DNA of 62,221 nt, filler included, from Sphacelaria rigidula (Eukaryota): NCBI GenBank assembly GCA_964200075.2. It is 9 parts of 9 records of this genome, joined end to end, with 100 filler letters (N's around TTAATTAATTAA, not from the genome) between each part and the next. Parts side by side here need not be neighbours in the genome. Positions count along the whole stretch, not along the records: positions 6,926 to 13,750 come from CAXNAA020017896.1; positions 13,851 to 20,675 come from CAXNAA020017897.1; positions 20,776 to 27,600 come from CAXNAA020017898.1; 6 more parts are not named here. One strand, written 5' to 3'. The notes beneath the pieces are model-generated. The model did no database searches. It saw only the letters and a list, made by a program, of their open reading frames with translations, and was not told the DNA's origin. Both the position numbers and the translations under genes were made by a program. Shown here piece after piece: positions 11,890 to 23,979 of this stretch (positions within the stretch are counted from its first letter, which is position 1; every line of letters starts with the position of its first letter).

Positions 11890-13173
11890 CACGATCACTT
11901 ACGTGATGAACAAGAGCTAGTACGAACGTTAGCCGTAGCATCCGTAGGTAGCAGCACCGAAAAGGGCAACGTGAGATAGTTCGAGACATGGATGAAGTGG
12001 AGAGAAGCTCGGGGGGAGCAGGCCTCCTTACGAGAAGAAGACGGAGAGCTGGCCGCAGGGAATTCCCTCACTACGTTCATGGCGAGTAGGGTATTTTGCC
12101 GCGGGAACCAGAGCTCAACTGTACGATCGTATTTGTCCGCTATTCAGTATTTTCATAAGATGTTGGCCGGATGGGAGCTACCCACTCGACACTGTATGTT
12201 AACTGCGATATACGAGGGTATTGACAGGATGCACGGGAGAGGCGACGTTGAGAGGAGGGTGAGGAAACCCTTGACGACAGACATCTTATACGCAAAAGGG
12301 ACAAGTAGTGCGGAGTCAGTGGAGGAACGTATCAAGTGGATCGGTTTGGCACTGTCGTATTTTCTACTGTGCAGAGCCTCCGAAATTTGAGCATACAACA
12401 CCGGACTAGTACATTCCGAATTTTGTCTTACCAGAGGTGATAGAAAATGTCTTCAAGGATCAGACCAACTTGAAGGGTTTAGCAGGAGAGAAGCGGACAT
12501 GGTGGAGGTTACGTTTAAGGCCTCCAAGGCGGATCAAAAACGTCAAGGAGCAGTAGTAACTGGAAGAAGGGTCCCAGTGGGTCAGGAAGAAGTGCAGAGT
12601 CAACAGATCAACGGCGCATTATAATTACTGCTTGAATTACTCGAATATTACCCTAGCTTAGGCGCACAAGCGCCACTGATGCAGACCTGGAGTGGGAAGG
12701 AGTGGAAAATGATCACGCGCAACGAGGCTACCACAGCTTTACGCCAACTAGCAAGTCACGCAGGAAAGGACCCTAGGCAGTAAGCTCTCCACTCAGGAAG
12801 GATTGGGGGAGCCACAAAACTAGCAGCACAGGGATCAATCCCCTTGCAAATCCAGAGGGCGGGTCTGTAATGCGGGAGAGGACCGCGTGCTTAGGGGACC
12901 GCGCCATCGTTCAAAACACCTCAGGATCGACGTTTCTCAAAACCAATGGGGCCAGTCCCTGCAGGTGCCACGCCCCTGACCACAACCCCAACACTAACCC
13001 TAACCCTAACCCTAACCCTAACCATTGGGATGTTCAAATTCCGATGCGGTCCTCTAAGAACGCGGTCCTCTCACGCATTACAGGGTCGTTGGAAATCTCA
13101 AGCGTTCATGATTTACGTCAGAGCTGCAGGGGAGGGAGCGCAGTTCGTTTCGGAAGCACTAACACGTAGCTAG
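11890..13173 (+). pseudogene. Tyrosine recombinase of the retroelement (in-frame stops; split by a MITE)
   Basis: TVRSYLSAI, RKPLT, FLLCRASE (catalytic R), KASKADQ, HSGRIGGAT (HxxR), and IQRAG|RWKSQAFMIYVR (W and catalytic Y) once 12866-13087 is removed. Confidence 0.93.
12866..13082 (+). mobile_element. 217-bp MITE with TGT...ACA termini, ~38-bp TIRs, internal (CCCTAA)4 and a 5-bp GGGTC TSD
   Basis: TIRs TGTAATGCGGGAGAGGACCGCGTGCTTAGGGGACCGC / GCGGTCCTCTAAGAACGCGGTCCTCTCACGCATTACA. GGGTC lies at 12861-12865 and 13083-13087. Excision restores the YR reading frame. Confidence 0.95.
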
Positions 13174-13850
13174 CGAGAACGGTCTGAGAAACTTTGGAAA
13201 GAGCGCAACTTATCGGGCCGCCTAATGGGGGAAGTGTTGGTCAGCCCCGAAAAAGGGGGACGGGTCAACAAGTAAGAACAGAAAGTCACGGGTTAGCCCG
13301 ATAGCTTGCGCACCCACCGCGACGACGTCGCTGCTGGGCAGAGTCAGTCGGTATTTCTGTTGTCTTGTTTTGGTTCCGGATTTGTTCTGGAGTATTGGGT
13401 TGGGGTTTTGATTTTTTTCAAGTATTGATCGTGCCTTCAAAACAGTCCATCAATCTCGAGCCAAAAACAAATGGTAAGATTTCGTAGAAATCTATGGTTT
13501 GTGTTTGCGGATGATGAATTATAAGATCAAGTCACGACTTGGTGGATGACGGCACAATCAGGGTGGTGGGGTTATGGCGAGAGAACAAAACAGGCACACC
13601 CCCCCCCATCCGCTCATTTATGTTCAGTTCCCAAGCCCAGAAAGCACTCTGCGCTCGGCAACACTGAGCAAGGCAGCGACAGTCAAGTACAGTACGAGTG
13701 GTGGTCTCGAACGTCTTCGAATCAATTTGCCCGCCCGCCGCCCTGTTACTNNNNNNNNNNNNNNNNNNNNNNNNNNNNNNNNNNNNNNNNNNNNTTAATT
13801 AATTAANNNNNNNNNNNNNNNNNNNNNNNNNNNNNNNNNNNNNNNNNNNN

Positions 13851-14040
13851 GGGGATAGGGGGGGCGTGGCGAAGGGGCGGGCCGAGATTGGCTACAGGAG
13901 TGTGGGGTTAGCCCGATAGTTTCCCAACTGCGAGAGCGTGCTTTTTTTTTTGTCTCGCAGTTTTGTTCGTGTTAGTTTTACGTCTTTCCTACATCCCAAA
14001 TAATCCATAATTCTTGAGCCAAAAGCAAACAAGGTTTTAG
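13851..14040 (+). mobile_element. 3'-terminal region of a related YR retroelement
   Basis: Shares GGTTAGCCCGATAG and CCAT.AAT.CT.GAGCCAAAA.CAAA boxes, in the same order, with 13290-13475. Confidence 0.55.
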
Positions 14041-17000
14041 TGCATCCTGGTGTTTGGTGCCATTCCACGGTTGCTTGCATGGCATGCAGAGACAGTCCTT
14101 GTCGCCCTACCCGTGACTCCCACGGTAGGGTGTTCGTGGCCGCAAGGTGGATCGCCAGTGGGTAATTCTTGGCTAGTGGCTCGGGGAGGTTTGGCGTGAG
14201 CCCGACGCACTCAAAAGTGAGGCCTTGTCCTTGCCTGGGCACCATCAACACCCCCTCACTCCCAGCTCCTAAACCTGTCCTCTTCGGTGTTGAAGCGTTT
14301 TCTTCTACGTCCTCCCAAGATTCATCAGATGATGAGACCCTTTGACCGCCAGGTCAGGTCCTCCTATGGATCGTCTCGTTTCACCGTTTGGCAGGGTCGT
14401 GGATGATGCCGCAAGATCCTGAAGGGGTTCATTTCAAGATTACACACCGTTCTCGACACCGCACCGGTTGATTGACCCCAAATTTTGCACAGCGTCGGTC
14501 AACTATGTATAGAACGAGACGGCGCAGGCGTTGCAGACCTTTGATCAAAGGGAATCGGATGCACTCGCTTCTCGGCGGTGACAGGCGGGTGCCGACTGCT
14601 GACTATAGAGTGCACACCTGCTGGGGGCATCGACCTTGCCGCTCACCGGATGAAATGAGGAGATTCCACTTGCTCAGATGCTTGAAAATGTAGCGCAGTT
14701 GGTTCTCCTCACTCCTTTCGGTTCCTCGTTGGCTGCAACTACTGTGCTGGCGGCTGTAGTGGATCGCACCCATCGGCCAAACTGTTGTCCATGCCGCGTC
14801 TACACCGTCATGTTCCAACCCCCAAAACGCGCGTACGCTGTCGCAGGCCATTTTTTCCACATGAGTGTTTGTATGGGATATTCGGAATAGAAACAAGTGC
14901 ACACCCTGTGGTCTGTATGTCATACCCTTTGCTTTCACCTGAAAAAATAATACAAAACCCAGAGCCAGCGAATAAACCAGGAAGCCGGGAATCGAGTTCG
15001 AGATACCTTTACGTGTGCCAACGTTTGTTTGAGTTTTATTATCATATTCCCCCAGTTGAGCCTTGGCCGCTCCACGATTTTTTTTGCTCTTCCTGTTCTT
15101 CATCTTCTTTGGGAGCATTTCCACTGTATTCACCTTGGGTATGCCTATCTTGTGACCATGGCCATGTTCCCCGGGGATCAGTTGGCGATATGCGACAACC
15201 AATCAACCGATCCATCTCGGACCCATCAATCAATCACTATGTCTCCTAGAAGTAATGACTTCGTGGTTCATCATTGGGATGCCGTTGCTCGGGTATCCGC
15301 CCGTCCGAGTTATTTTTTGTGATGACACAGAGTGTTTGTTCAAACGTGGGGAAAGCGCCGTCAACAGCTCGCCGTTACAGTAAGATATATCTCCCAGTCA
15401 AGCCCCATCATCAGAGATGTAAAGTTGTATCATCCCTGCACACTGCACAGCAGTCCTCCGAGAACCTCCTGCCCTTCGACCGCGGACCTGAGAAAATTAT
15501 GAAGAGCGCATATAAAGAAGCACGCGAGTTTAACCATTTGATTGCCAGGGTAGTTCGTCTGTCAGTTGTTAAATTGGTATCATCTTTTTTGGAAAAATTC
15601 AACTGGGATCAGATGGCTTTTTCTGGCGGTCAAAGGGTCGACTGATTCGCTGACTGAGATGTCAGCTCACCAAACACACTATCTATTCGATATACAATGA
15701 TATCAACGGGTACTGACAAGCCTTGTAAATCGAATGTTACAGAGTTGTGGGTACCACACAGAGCCAGAGGGGTTGGGCGGACGAAATAGAGATATACAGA
15801 GGCAGAGAGAGCGACCGGAAGAGAGATAAGAGGCGACAGGGAGACAGGGGAGGTGCGGCTATGTCCCTTGATCAGGTACATTCATTGTTTACACGGCTCG
15901 TTTGTATTTATTTTTGTTGGCGATGACCTTTCATTGTTCCCCATCTTTCTCATCTTCCATCATACAACAGTACAGTAGTGGTAACTCACGCGGAGAGACA
16001 AGACCAGCTTGTCTGAAGACTGATCTCTGTCTACAGGACAGACAACAGCAAATAAAAAGGTACTCGTGATGGGTTCGCCTTGAATTGGGTATTCGCCACG
16101 GTGAGTGCGGCTCCTTCGTCTTTGGTATACAGCTCCTGCAATTCTCGTTCCACAGCTATTTTGCCCCTGCCACTCCGGGACATATAATGGGAGAATCGAG
16201 TGAGGCTTCGTTCGTTGCCTAAAATCCGTAGTCTTTCTTCGAGCTTGCAATAAGTAGTTCACCCTATAGTGCATCTAAGCGATCCTTGAATCTTGAGCCA
16301 AGCGTGAACTCCAATGACCTGAGTGGCGAAAGTTCCATCCGTTGAGCTCATCACTACAGGCTGCAGGACGCTGCACTCGCACTACTACTGGGTCGTTCAC
16401 TGTCGTGTACCGTTGTTCAACTCCGTATCGGTGCAGCACCCGCGCTTTCCACAAATGTAAAGAATATGTTGATAAATATATGCTTCATGATTTGAAAAAG
16501 CGGAACCTTCGAACTTTCCATGTCCCGTCTGCGGGTCCATGATACGATAACTGCATTGCCTTGTTCGCTGCTTTGCTCCCTTCCCAAGGCATTTTGTTCA
16601 TATTCCGACCGATATACGGGCTTTGCTGAACTCTTGTACGGTACACTTTCCAACCGCCAACTTCCGTCCTCTAGTCGGCGTCATGCAATGATTGATGCAA
16701 ATATAGTTCCACTCAATGGTGACCGAGACCGTCGTTGTCCGTGCTATTTTACTTCATGGTAACGGGTGCTGTCGTACATTAGTACACACGCGTGCCGGGT
16801 TGCGTGCAACTACGCCGCACTCAAGACAGTCGGTAGGTAAAAAGCACGCATTGTGATCTGTATATAGTAGTAGGTACATGCGTATCCGTAGCAGCTATTG
16901 TAGGGCACCCACAAATCACCAGCAAACCGCCAGTCACACGACGCGCACCAGGGTTTGTCAATCCTCAGTCCCGGAAGACTTTGCGGTGACCTCACCACTT

Positions 17001-17675
17001 GGCCGCGAACGAACCGTGATCGGCCGACTATTTTTTGTGCACAGGATGAGAATAATTTCGGCCACAAAACGTGGTGCCGTTTATTTAGCCCGTATATCGC
17101 GATGCGGGCAGTCGATCTGGATCGCGCATACTTTTTCATGTAAATTTGATGCGGGTTCAGCAGGTGACCTACCCTCGCGCTTAAGAAATGTGCACTTGCT
17201 TCTGTACGGAATGTGGTGCGGAAGTACCCCTATGTTTTACCCTGCGGCTGTTGAGTTTGTTTCGCCCTTGCTGCCCGGTGGCCGCGTTGGTGGGAACACG
17301 ATGCGCACTGTTGTGTGCATGCACCGTTTAGCGCCCGGTACAGACAGTGGGGTTGTTGGGTGATGCTGTGCTTCTAGGTGAGGTTGGTACTGCTGCTACA
17401 CTGCGGGCAGTTGGGTGACTTTTTTTTCTCTCTGCTGTCCAGGCCTGTGGCGCTGGGCTCCGTCGCGAGAAATGAAAGGGGATGCAGCTGCAATTCATGA
17501 GTCAGTCGACCGCGGCACGTCGTCGTACACGCGCTACAGTCTTTGATGTTCGGTAATGTACTAGCCACCAGTTTACTCCGCAGTATCAGCCAGCCAGCCA
17601 TCGCCGCACGGCGATTCATGGTCGATATAGAAATAAGTACCTTGGTTTCAATATAGTCCGCAGTATGGTATATGT

Positions 17676-17875
17676 GTATTTCAGTATATTTCGTAAGCCA
17701 CCCCCCACCCTCCCCACTTTTCCGGGACTGCAGCCGGCAACATTTCCCCGAATGTAGATTTCAATGTATGCTCCGCATTACGATATTACTTTATTTCGGT
17801 ATACTTCGTATAACACCCCCCCCCACCCTCCCCATTTTCTCCGGGACTGCAGCCGGCAATATTTGTCCAAACGTG
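17676..17875. repeat. Direct tandem duplication (~117-bp period)
   Basis: TATTTC.GTATA.TTCGTA...CCCCCCACCCTCCCCA.TTT..CCGGGACTGCAGCCGGCAA.ATTT occurs twice. Confidence 0.85.
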
Positions 17876-18119
17876 ACTACGCGCTATCAGCGTTGAAACC
17901 CACCTGCTTTAAAAAGGGTTGGATCACTGAGCACGAAATGTCGAAGAGGGGACATTGCAACCAAGTGGTGAACACTACTGTACTGGCGTTGCACAGAAAA
18001 AACTGCCAGAAACAGCTACGTTGAGTAAACAGGATGGAGCTGATCACTGTTGGCGACGGGGATACTGGCTTTGTAAATTAGCCCGCCAAAATTGTTCCAA
18101 AAATGTTTTGCACTCAAAG

Positions 18120-18213
18120 ACCTACCGCGAGGGTAGTGCATCGGGGGCATGCATACTTTTTTCAAGTAAAATTGATGCCGACCCAACAGATGACCTACTC
18201 TCGCCGTCTAGGG
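18120..18213. mobile_element. ~95-bp mini-MITE (piggyBac-like ends); other copies at ~17088-17181, ~24070-24135 (partial), 57434-57535 and 57542-57637
   Basis: Shared core ACTTTTTCAAGTAAAATTGATGCCGA..CA.CAG.TGACCTACTCTCGC. Termini are CCC.../...AGGG, and TTAA follows the 57637 end. Confidence 0.55.
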
Positions 18214-18989
18214 TCTGAGGGTCAAGGCTGGCACGAAAATGACGACATCTTCACCTGCATTTCGACTTTAGCAAGTACAACAGTATCTTCATGAGACCTC
18301 GGGGTAAGCAGTGGTGCGTTTTATTATTTGCACAAAATATAAGTGGCTCGCCCAAGAAATCTACTGCTGTACGGGGTAATTTCAACGAAAATTTTGAACT
18401 TTTGCCCGGCAGGTTCACTCTCAAGCTTCGATTTGCAATTCTTCACACATGACCGGAGACAGGATTCGAAAAGCACGCCTTTATATTTCTCGGCTGTGTG
18501 ATGATCGTTCCAAGCCGTGATACAGAGAGAGACATTATCTCACAAATCCGCAGCGAACGAAGGGACGCGGGGCTGCAGTAGACTTTGCTGGCGTTGGGCT
18601 ACAAATCTTCATGGTTGATATTACTTTATTTGAGTGTGTGCAACGAGAATCGGGATTTCATTAGGACTGACAGTCCCGTGTGCTCCTGGCGTGCGCAGAA
18701 AGTAGAATTGTGTCAACCATGGACATTTGTAGCCCAACGCCGGTAAACTAGCCTCAGGGGCTGGGTTCCTTTTGTTCGTGAATAGGCGTCGAGATTTATT
18801 TTGTACGATTACAAGTTGTATTATATGGTGCGTTGCGGTAAGTTTCCAGACAAATCCAAGACGTGGGCTGCGCACCTCGACCGACCTCCGAATCTGCTGA
18901 CTGCGTTCACGTCAGCTGGCCTCAACCCCGATCATTTCTGGCCGTATCCTACGTTAATGAACCACGAGGGTAGTCCATCTGGACCGTCC

Positions 18990-19080
18990 ATCAGGGTTGC
19001 ACATCGGCTATCGATAATCGATGCGATTTCGATAATTATCGGCGATACGCCATATCCGTATCGGAGCGTATTGTTTTACT
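18990..19080. mobile_element. Possible hAT-type terminus with ATCGATA subterminal repeats (similar motifs at ~19320-19355 and ~20530-20660)
   Basis: CAGGGTTGCAC start followed by clustered ATCGAT/ATCGG motifs. Confidence 0.35.
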
Positions 19081-21829
19081 AGTGTATCCGTCGCATTAGC
19101 TCAATCTCTCGAACCCGTGGTCACAGATTGCAAGGAGCATACCACCCATACCCATGACCCAAACAGCCCGCAGAAGAAGGCGAGAAACAAAACATCTACA
19201 CGAAAAAAGGGCACCTACACTACGAAAGATCTGCATGAGACCGATTGAACTACAGGAGACCTACTTGTGCTGGGAACGTAGGAAAACGATCTATATATAT
19301 ATATATATATATGTATGCTATGTATCAATATCGAATATCGATACGCTCGATATTTGGCCCCTTTTTCGTCACATTAGCTCAAGTTCTCGAAACCGTTGTC
19401 ACAGGAAACTTAGGGAGGTGGTACATGGACGATTCTAACGCAAGGTCCAAGAAAAGGTTGCGCTCTTCCACATGAGCAGTCACCGCAGTAAGCAACTCGT
19501 TTCTGTGTGTTTGGCGTTTCCGCAGTTTTCACAAGTTGCACTTGCGAGTATAGCTGTAGAGCGGTTGCACGGTGTGCAAATGGATGCAGTATCTATCCGT
19601 AGGATAGGAGGCGACAGAGTAACCGCTGGTGCCTCGTGGGTTTGGCTATATGATTCAGCGGGGGACTTCACCAACGGCAACATACGGGTGGCGTGGCGGA
19701 GTAGATGTGAGGTCACGACCAATGCAAAGCTGCAGATAACAATAGAAAATAGCTGTCTTCCAGAGTATGAGGAGATGGTACTGTCGCTTTGCCCTTCCTT
19801 CATGTTTGACGAGTGTAGGATATATTTCCCCCCTTCATCCATTAGTTTGGACACTCTAATTGTTGCAAGCCTAGTGGTTTTTTCTTCTTGGTGACATACA
19901 AATATATATGTTTTTGGCATCTAAAAATTGAAACTTGACGCATGCTGCCGACGTTTCCTGTTATTGGTAGTGGAAAACGTTGAAAAAAAAGAGCGCGCAT
20001 TTGAGTTTGTGCTTGTTCGAGGTTTGCCACGTTTTCTTTTCTCATGAATGTGCGTAGTAAAGGTATGCGCTCATTCGATCGAAACACACGGAATAGCGGC
20101 CGTAGAAATGAAAGCAGTATAACCAAAACCACACGGCCGGCTGTGATCACCACCTCTTGCACGATGACAAAATATATTCGTAAGACAGCTGCATCACCGC
20201 ATGCCGCCGCTGCCACGATGTCAGCATGCGCACTACCCGCCGCTGCACATGGTGTGTTCACCACTGTCCACTGGAAACTACCGTAGGTTGCTTAAGATAC
20301 CACACCCTCAGGAGCGATTTCCAAAGCTCGGTTACTTTCTCTCGACGAGATGGTTGCAACGCCACCCAGTTCAGCCCTGACATCGCTCCTGGTGAGGAGT
20401 ATAAGTGACCCTTCAAATATCTGTTTAGGGGATGTGGTATCTTATGCGACCTACGATAGTGAGTGAGGGTGTCAGTGTGCCAGTGTACTGCTCGGTCTTG
20501 TACACTGCGGCCATATCAAAACAGCCATGTAGTGTCGAATATCGATTTTCGATACGTATTGTGTCATTTCCGGAATATCGACAAAAATATCGGTATCGGC
20601 GGTTGTTGTTGTTGTTGTTGTCTTCACATTCAAAAACTGTTCCGATATCTGCGCGGTACATTCGTACTGGGCATCNNNNNNNNNNNNNNNNNNNNNNNNN
20701 NNNNNNNNNNNNNNNNNNNTTAATTAATTAANNNNNNNNNNNNNNNNNNNNNNNNNNNNNNNNNNNNNNNNNNNNGAAGAGGGGTGGCCGCTGGGGTGGG
20801 GTGCGCCGGGCGGGGGTGGGGGACGGGCCGCGGGGGGGGGCATACTGCAATAGAACATAAAGAAATGAAGAAAGCGAACGGACCTGGAACAAAGGATAAC
20901 AGACACAGAAAATAGCAGCGAATTCCAAACAAGAGATTCACGGGGAACGTCGCGGCGAACTCATGCGTAAAGACGAAGGCGATAGGAGAGAAACTGACAG
21001 CGAATTGCACTAAATCGAATACGGGAGCACAGCAACATGGTGCTGCAGTGTTCCATAGGCGGAACAAATTTTCACAGTGATGCTGATTGTTTCCTTCAAG
21101 AATTCAGGGAGGTATCACTCCTTTGAAGATATCAAACAAAAAGCACGGTCGCCGACTGCTCATATTCTTCTCGCGGAACGCTGATATCTAGCATCTAGTT
21201 TATCGTCTATGTTCACGAGGATCTTGGACCGTGTGGACTGCATCTGAGCGGCTACAAGCTGTACGAAGTCTGCCGTGGTACTTCATGACACCGTCTTCAT
21301 CATGTACTCACCTGTGTTGATCGTGCAGCCTCAGTGCTGATGTCTACCTTTACCGCCGAGGCCTGGATCTGGACAAACCTGAGCATCAACCACTGCATAC
21401 TAGGTGGGACAAACCCTCAGTAACAGGAGTAGGTAACATCCGCGGCTACTCTCGAATTCCTATTTTTGTGTGACCCCACGGGGTGACTTAAACACGTTCC
21501 TTATACTTCTCAATTATCATCGTGTGTCTCGCCGCACAATGGCATTGTTCATGTTGCCGCAATTACCTCAAAACATTCTCGCCGTTAATCCGCACTCCTC
21601 CGAATAAATAAATGCAGTATTTTTGTGTCGAACGTATAAACTGATCTTATCTAGCCCCTCGCCTCCCCTCGCTTCCCCCTACCTCACCGCAATATCTTCC
21701 CTAGCCCGGCGTTCACGATTCAAGTCGGTCCCCGACCACCCTCGCCGCACCGCCGAACGCGGGGACGGCCGCCGTTTTCCCTCTCTACCTTCTGCACACC
21801 CCCCTCGCTCAGGGGTACCCCGCCCCCGC

Positions 21830-21990
21830 GTTCGATCTGGGGTGCCTCGCGCTTCATCCGAGGTACCCCGTGTTTGACCCGGGGTTCCCCCCGCTTGATC
21901 CAAAGTATCCCTCTTTGGATTCAGGGTATGCTCCGTGTGATCCGGATCGCCCCTAGTTCGAGCTAGGATACCCCCCCCGTGATCTGGAGG
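21830..21990. repeat. Degenerate 21-bp minisatellite, ~8 units (TGATCCGGGGTACCCCCCGTT-like)
   Basis: Units include tcatccgaggtaccccgtgtt, tgacccggggttccccccgct, tgatccaaagtatccctcttt and tgatccggatcgcccctagtt. Confidence 0.7.
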
Positions 21991-23204
21991 ACTCCCCAAC
22001 TGTTCCGGGGCACCCCTCCCCGCCTGTTTCGCGTCTTTTCCCGGCCATGCACTTTTGGGGCTGTGTGGTCCGAACCACTCGGAGATTGGAGCAGTGGGAG
22101 AAATTGTTGTTGATGTTGTAGTGCTCTGCGCGGAGCTGTGGTTGGTGGGTATATATCTGACAGTTGATGTGGAGGAGAAGGGGGTTATTGACATTGTCAG
22201 TTTGGAACGGATACGTCGTTCTACGTCGGTTGAAACGTTCGGTGATGCCAAGAAACGAATGTACAAACATAGGTTTTCATCGTATGAGCCATCATACGGT
22301 GAGTCAACCCGTCCTGCGCCGCGAGAAGATGATCTTATTTGAAGCTTGTAATATTTTCACTGCTGTCGAGTCTACACCTCCATGTCAACGGGAGTTTGGT
22401 TATTCTAGTGCTCATATTTTCGCAACGAGGCTATAGACGGAAGCAATTGGAGAAAACGACTGAAGAAACAAGGGGGCGGGTGTTTTCAAGCCAGCCATGA
22501 CCCAGAAAATAACCGAGGGCGAGCGGATTGGCGTCAGATGTGCACCATGATATAATCATTAGAGTGTGGAAGGCAGGGGGGGGGGGGGATGCTTGACGTC
22601 AGGGGTGTGGCACAGCCTTTGCGGGAGGGGAGACAAGAGAGGCAGCCAAAGCAAAGGAGAAATGGACGAACGAATCAGGCTCCCCTTGGAATCGCGTGCA
22701 TTTCGTGGTGGACATCAAGGATTCGTTAATTCTATCTTTTTTATTCGGCTGATTGATCGCCGTTAAATGATCGATTGCCGCATCGTACATCCACTGCTCC
22801 GGTACGAACAAGTCGTGGCGTATCACAAGATTGACAAACCGAGGTGAACAGACGAAAATCCTCGCTGAGAAGAGAAAATCAAATATGGGAGTAAATGTGC
22901 AGAATGAAATGACATAGACGCCAGACGAAGAAGAACTGTATACGATATAACTGCCGCCGCGTCTTGGCGGTAAAAGGGGTACAGCACCGGCTAGTTTGGG
23001 TGGGGTAGTAGTAGTGAGTTCCAAGCCGAATGGTAACCATGCAATTTTCTGACTCCGCCGCCGAAAGCATGAAGGTGTGATATGAAACAATGGCTCGACG
23101 AGAGGCAACGGGCTGCGGGAGTGCCATTTGTCATGATCCAATGATCCAGTGCTCGCTCATGACCTGTAACCTAGGTACCGGGGGGGTGTACTCATCATCT
23201 TACA

Positions 23205-23350
23205 TACCATAGTCATAAGACCATTGAACTTGCATCCCTACAAAGCCGGGGCGGAGCACGCCGGGTTTTCGCCGGACTAGGCTCGCAGTCAATCACCAAG
23301 CGCGAAGCGCCGTGGTGCGTTCGGCGAGTGGCATGACGGGTGAGCTGTAA
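23205..23350 (+). repeat. Interspersed ~150-230-bp repeat, copy 1 of 4 in this fragment (others 24995-25225, 25535-25655, 27420-27600; inverted copy ~8478-8550)
   Basis: Core GCATCCCTACAAAGCCGGGACGGAGCACGCCGGGTTTTCGCCGGACCAGGCTCG...ATCACCAAGCGCGAAGCGCCGTGGTG. Confidence 0.9.
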
Positions 23351-23769
23351 GCACCGGGCAGAGATCGGTTATTTTCTTAAGGCTGCGGACTCGTCTAGCT
23401 GAGGAACTATGACTAGAAACAAAACATAATAACAATTGCCCGATATTTATGATATTGTCTTGGCCGGTGTACTGCAAGCAGCTAGCTTTCTCGAGCCCCG
23501 TAAATCAGCACGATATCTCAACAACGTTTTAGAACCCGTTCTTGAACGGTCCGACGTGATTTCACTTCTCCTGTTCTGCTCCGTCATAACGGTGTATGTT
23601 TGATTCGTCCTGAACAGATCAGTATAGAACAAGCGGCGGGATAAACGTCGACGGTAAGGGTATGGACAAAATACTGTCACTATCCACTACACGACATACA
23701 AACTCCACTGATGAGCAATGCTACGGTAGGGGTTGCACTTTTTGTTTCTGGGTCTCTTTTTTGTAGAAG

Positions 23770-23979
23770 TGTAATGCGTGAGAGGACCGCGTGCTTAGAG
23801 GACCCATCGGAATTTGAACACCCGTATGGTTACGGCTAGGGTTAGGGTTAGTGTTGGGGCTAGGGTAAGGGGCGTGGTCCTTGCAGGGACTGGACCGATT
23901 GGTATTGAAAAACGTCGATCCTGAGCTGTTTCGAACCACGACGCGGTCCTCTAAGCACCCGGTCCTCTCACGCATTACA
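23770..23979 (-). mobile_element. Telomeric-repeat-containing TG...CA MITE, inverted copy
   Basis: TGTAATGCGTGAGAGGACCGCGTGCTTAGAGGACC...GGTCCTCTAAGCACCCGGTCCTCTCACGCATTACA with internal TAGGGTTAGGGTTAG. Flanks are GAAG/GGAG. Confidence 0.92.

Larger units (their letters stand above)
9757..13480 (+). mobile_element. Decayed tyrosine-recombinase retrotransposon (DIRS/Ngaro/PAT-like), 5'-truncated
   Basis: RT, RNase H and tyrosine recombinase motifs occur in order on the + strand, with multiple stops/frameshifts and two nested MITEs. Confidence 0.92.

Noticed and set aside
12985-13024. (CCCTAA)n as a true telomere or chromosome-fusion scar
   Set aside because: Only ~4 perfect units, internal to a TIR/TSD-bounded element that recurs elsewhere.
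21830-21990. CRISPR-like array
   Set aside because: The units are contiguous and degenerate with no unique spacers, there are no cas genes, and the context is eukaryotic.
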